Assembly: GCA_963797605.1 (NCBI GenBank)
Contig: CAWCPX010000009.1
Span: forward strand, 867,950 to 931,949
Length of the DNA stretch: 64,000 nt
Direction of reading: 5' to 3'
DNA from: an uncultured Actinomycetota bacterium
GTDB taxonomy: Bacteria; Actinomycetota; Actinomycetes; Mycobacteriales; Micromonosporaceae
Position numbers and translations under genes: made by a program. The notes under the pieces are model-generated. The model had not been told where the DNA came from and did not search any database. It was given only the letters and a program-made list of their open reading frames with translations. This document shows positions 63,526 through 64,000 of this stretch, one piece after another (positions within the stretch are counted from its first letter, which is position 1; each line of letters begins with the position of its first letter).

Positions 63526-63879
63526 ATGAAGACCGTCACGTTTCTCGCTGGTGCCGCCGTTGGCTACGTCCTCGGGGCACGGGCCGGCCACGAGCGATAC
63601 GAACGCATTCTCGGCAGTGCACGCCGCCTCAGTGGCCAGCCCGTTGTGCGGCAGACCGGGACGACGATCAAGGACCTGAGCGCGAAAGGCGGGGACATCG
63701 TCACCGAGAAGCTCAGCAATATCGGTTCCGGGACCGGCATCGACGCTGATTCGACCGATGATATGGGTGCCATGGCAACATCGCCGGCCGTGAACCCCCG
63801 GAAGGCCACGAAGAACGCCGCCACGGCCCCTATTCCGACAGGTGCTCCGGTCACTCCGCCCGCTCCGGACATGGACTGA
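63526..63879 (+). CDS. YtxH-like small stress protein, paralog
   Basis: AAGGAG-N7-ATG. MKTVTFLAGAAVGYVLGARAGHERYERILGSARR... aligns with MMRTLTFVTGAAIGYVFGTKAGREKYQQLVEGARA... Confidence 0.6.
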   Translation: MKTVTFLAGAAVGYVLGARAGHERYERILGSARRLSGQPVVRQTGTTIKDLSAKGGDIVTEKLSNIGSGTGIDADSTDDMGAMATSPAVNPRKATKNAATAPIPTGAPVTPPAPDMD

Positions 63880-63945
63880 TCGACTTCGTCTCGATCGGTC
63901 AGGGGTGGTGACCTGCACGTCGCCGTCCTCGACCGGCATTACAGG

Positions 63946-63970
63946 GTTTGCCGATCGCCGATTACGGGTA
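63946..63970 (+). promoter_or_regulatory. candidate SigB/SigF-type stress promoter for a gene beyond the right edge
   Basis: GGGTTT-N16-GGGTAGG, followed by a possible GTG at 63978. Confidence 0.4.
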
Positions 63971-64000
63971 GGTAAGACGTGGACTTCTACGAGGGGGGGA

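Noticed and set aside
1-64000. Search by eye for rRNA, tRNA, CRISPR arrays and recognisable defence systems
   Set aside because: I found no cloverleaf-like tRNA candidates, no rRNA-like conserved blocks, no regularly spaced repeats, and no restriction-modification, toxin-antitoxin, Cas or abortive-infection gene families. The only RNA-guided nuclease relative is the IS-borne TnpB.

Overview
This is a 64-kb chromosomal segment of about 70% G+C, typical of an actinomycete. It holds roughly 70 protein-coding genes, and I saw no rRNA, tRNA or CRISPR array. Left third (1-20.4 kb): an ECF sigma/anti-sigma pair next to a secreted propeller-like protein; an IS607-family element whose serine recombinase looks dead (nucleophile Ser->Trp plus a frameshift) while its TnpB is intact; a calerythrin-like EF-hand protein; a CYTH-CHAD protein; transketolase; a MerR-MFS pair; MscS; and small stress proteins. 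Middle (20.4-47.7 kb): a sulfur-scavenging island. It contains three operons built around luciferase-like (LLM) flavin monooxygenases with flavin reductases, a cysA/binding-protein/cysT/cysW sulfate importer, a peptide-type ABC importer with an SfnB-like protein, a PanE-like reductase fused to a tandem rhodanese, and LysR plus cysteine-less Rrf2 regulators. Right third: an NlpC/P60 hydrolase behind a ydaO-type (c-di-AMP) riboswitch, a TetR/oxidoreductase pair, a LigD-like gene, and a general-stress cluster (STAS, two PP2C phosphatases, CsbD, GCS2 ligase, a YtxH-like pair) with recurring GTTT-N14-16-GGGGCA/GGGTA promoter-like boxes. Three observations stand out. (1) Two paralogous Cys-codon upstream ORFs, each next to an ATCCCTA-N7-GATAGG dyad, precede two LLM operons and are candidate cysteine-sensing attenuators. 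(2) A roughly 65-nt intercistronic element occurs three times inside one LLM operon. (3) Dense, insertion-biased frameshift clusters are confined to a few genes (four LLM genes, cysW, ligD, tnpA, a small membrane gene) and may be assembly error rather than biology. All calls rest on reading the sequence and recalling protein families; no database search was run.
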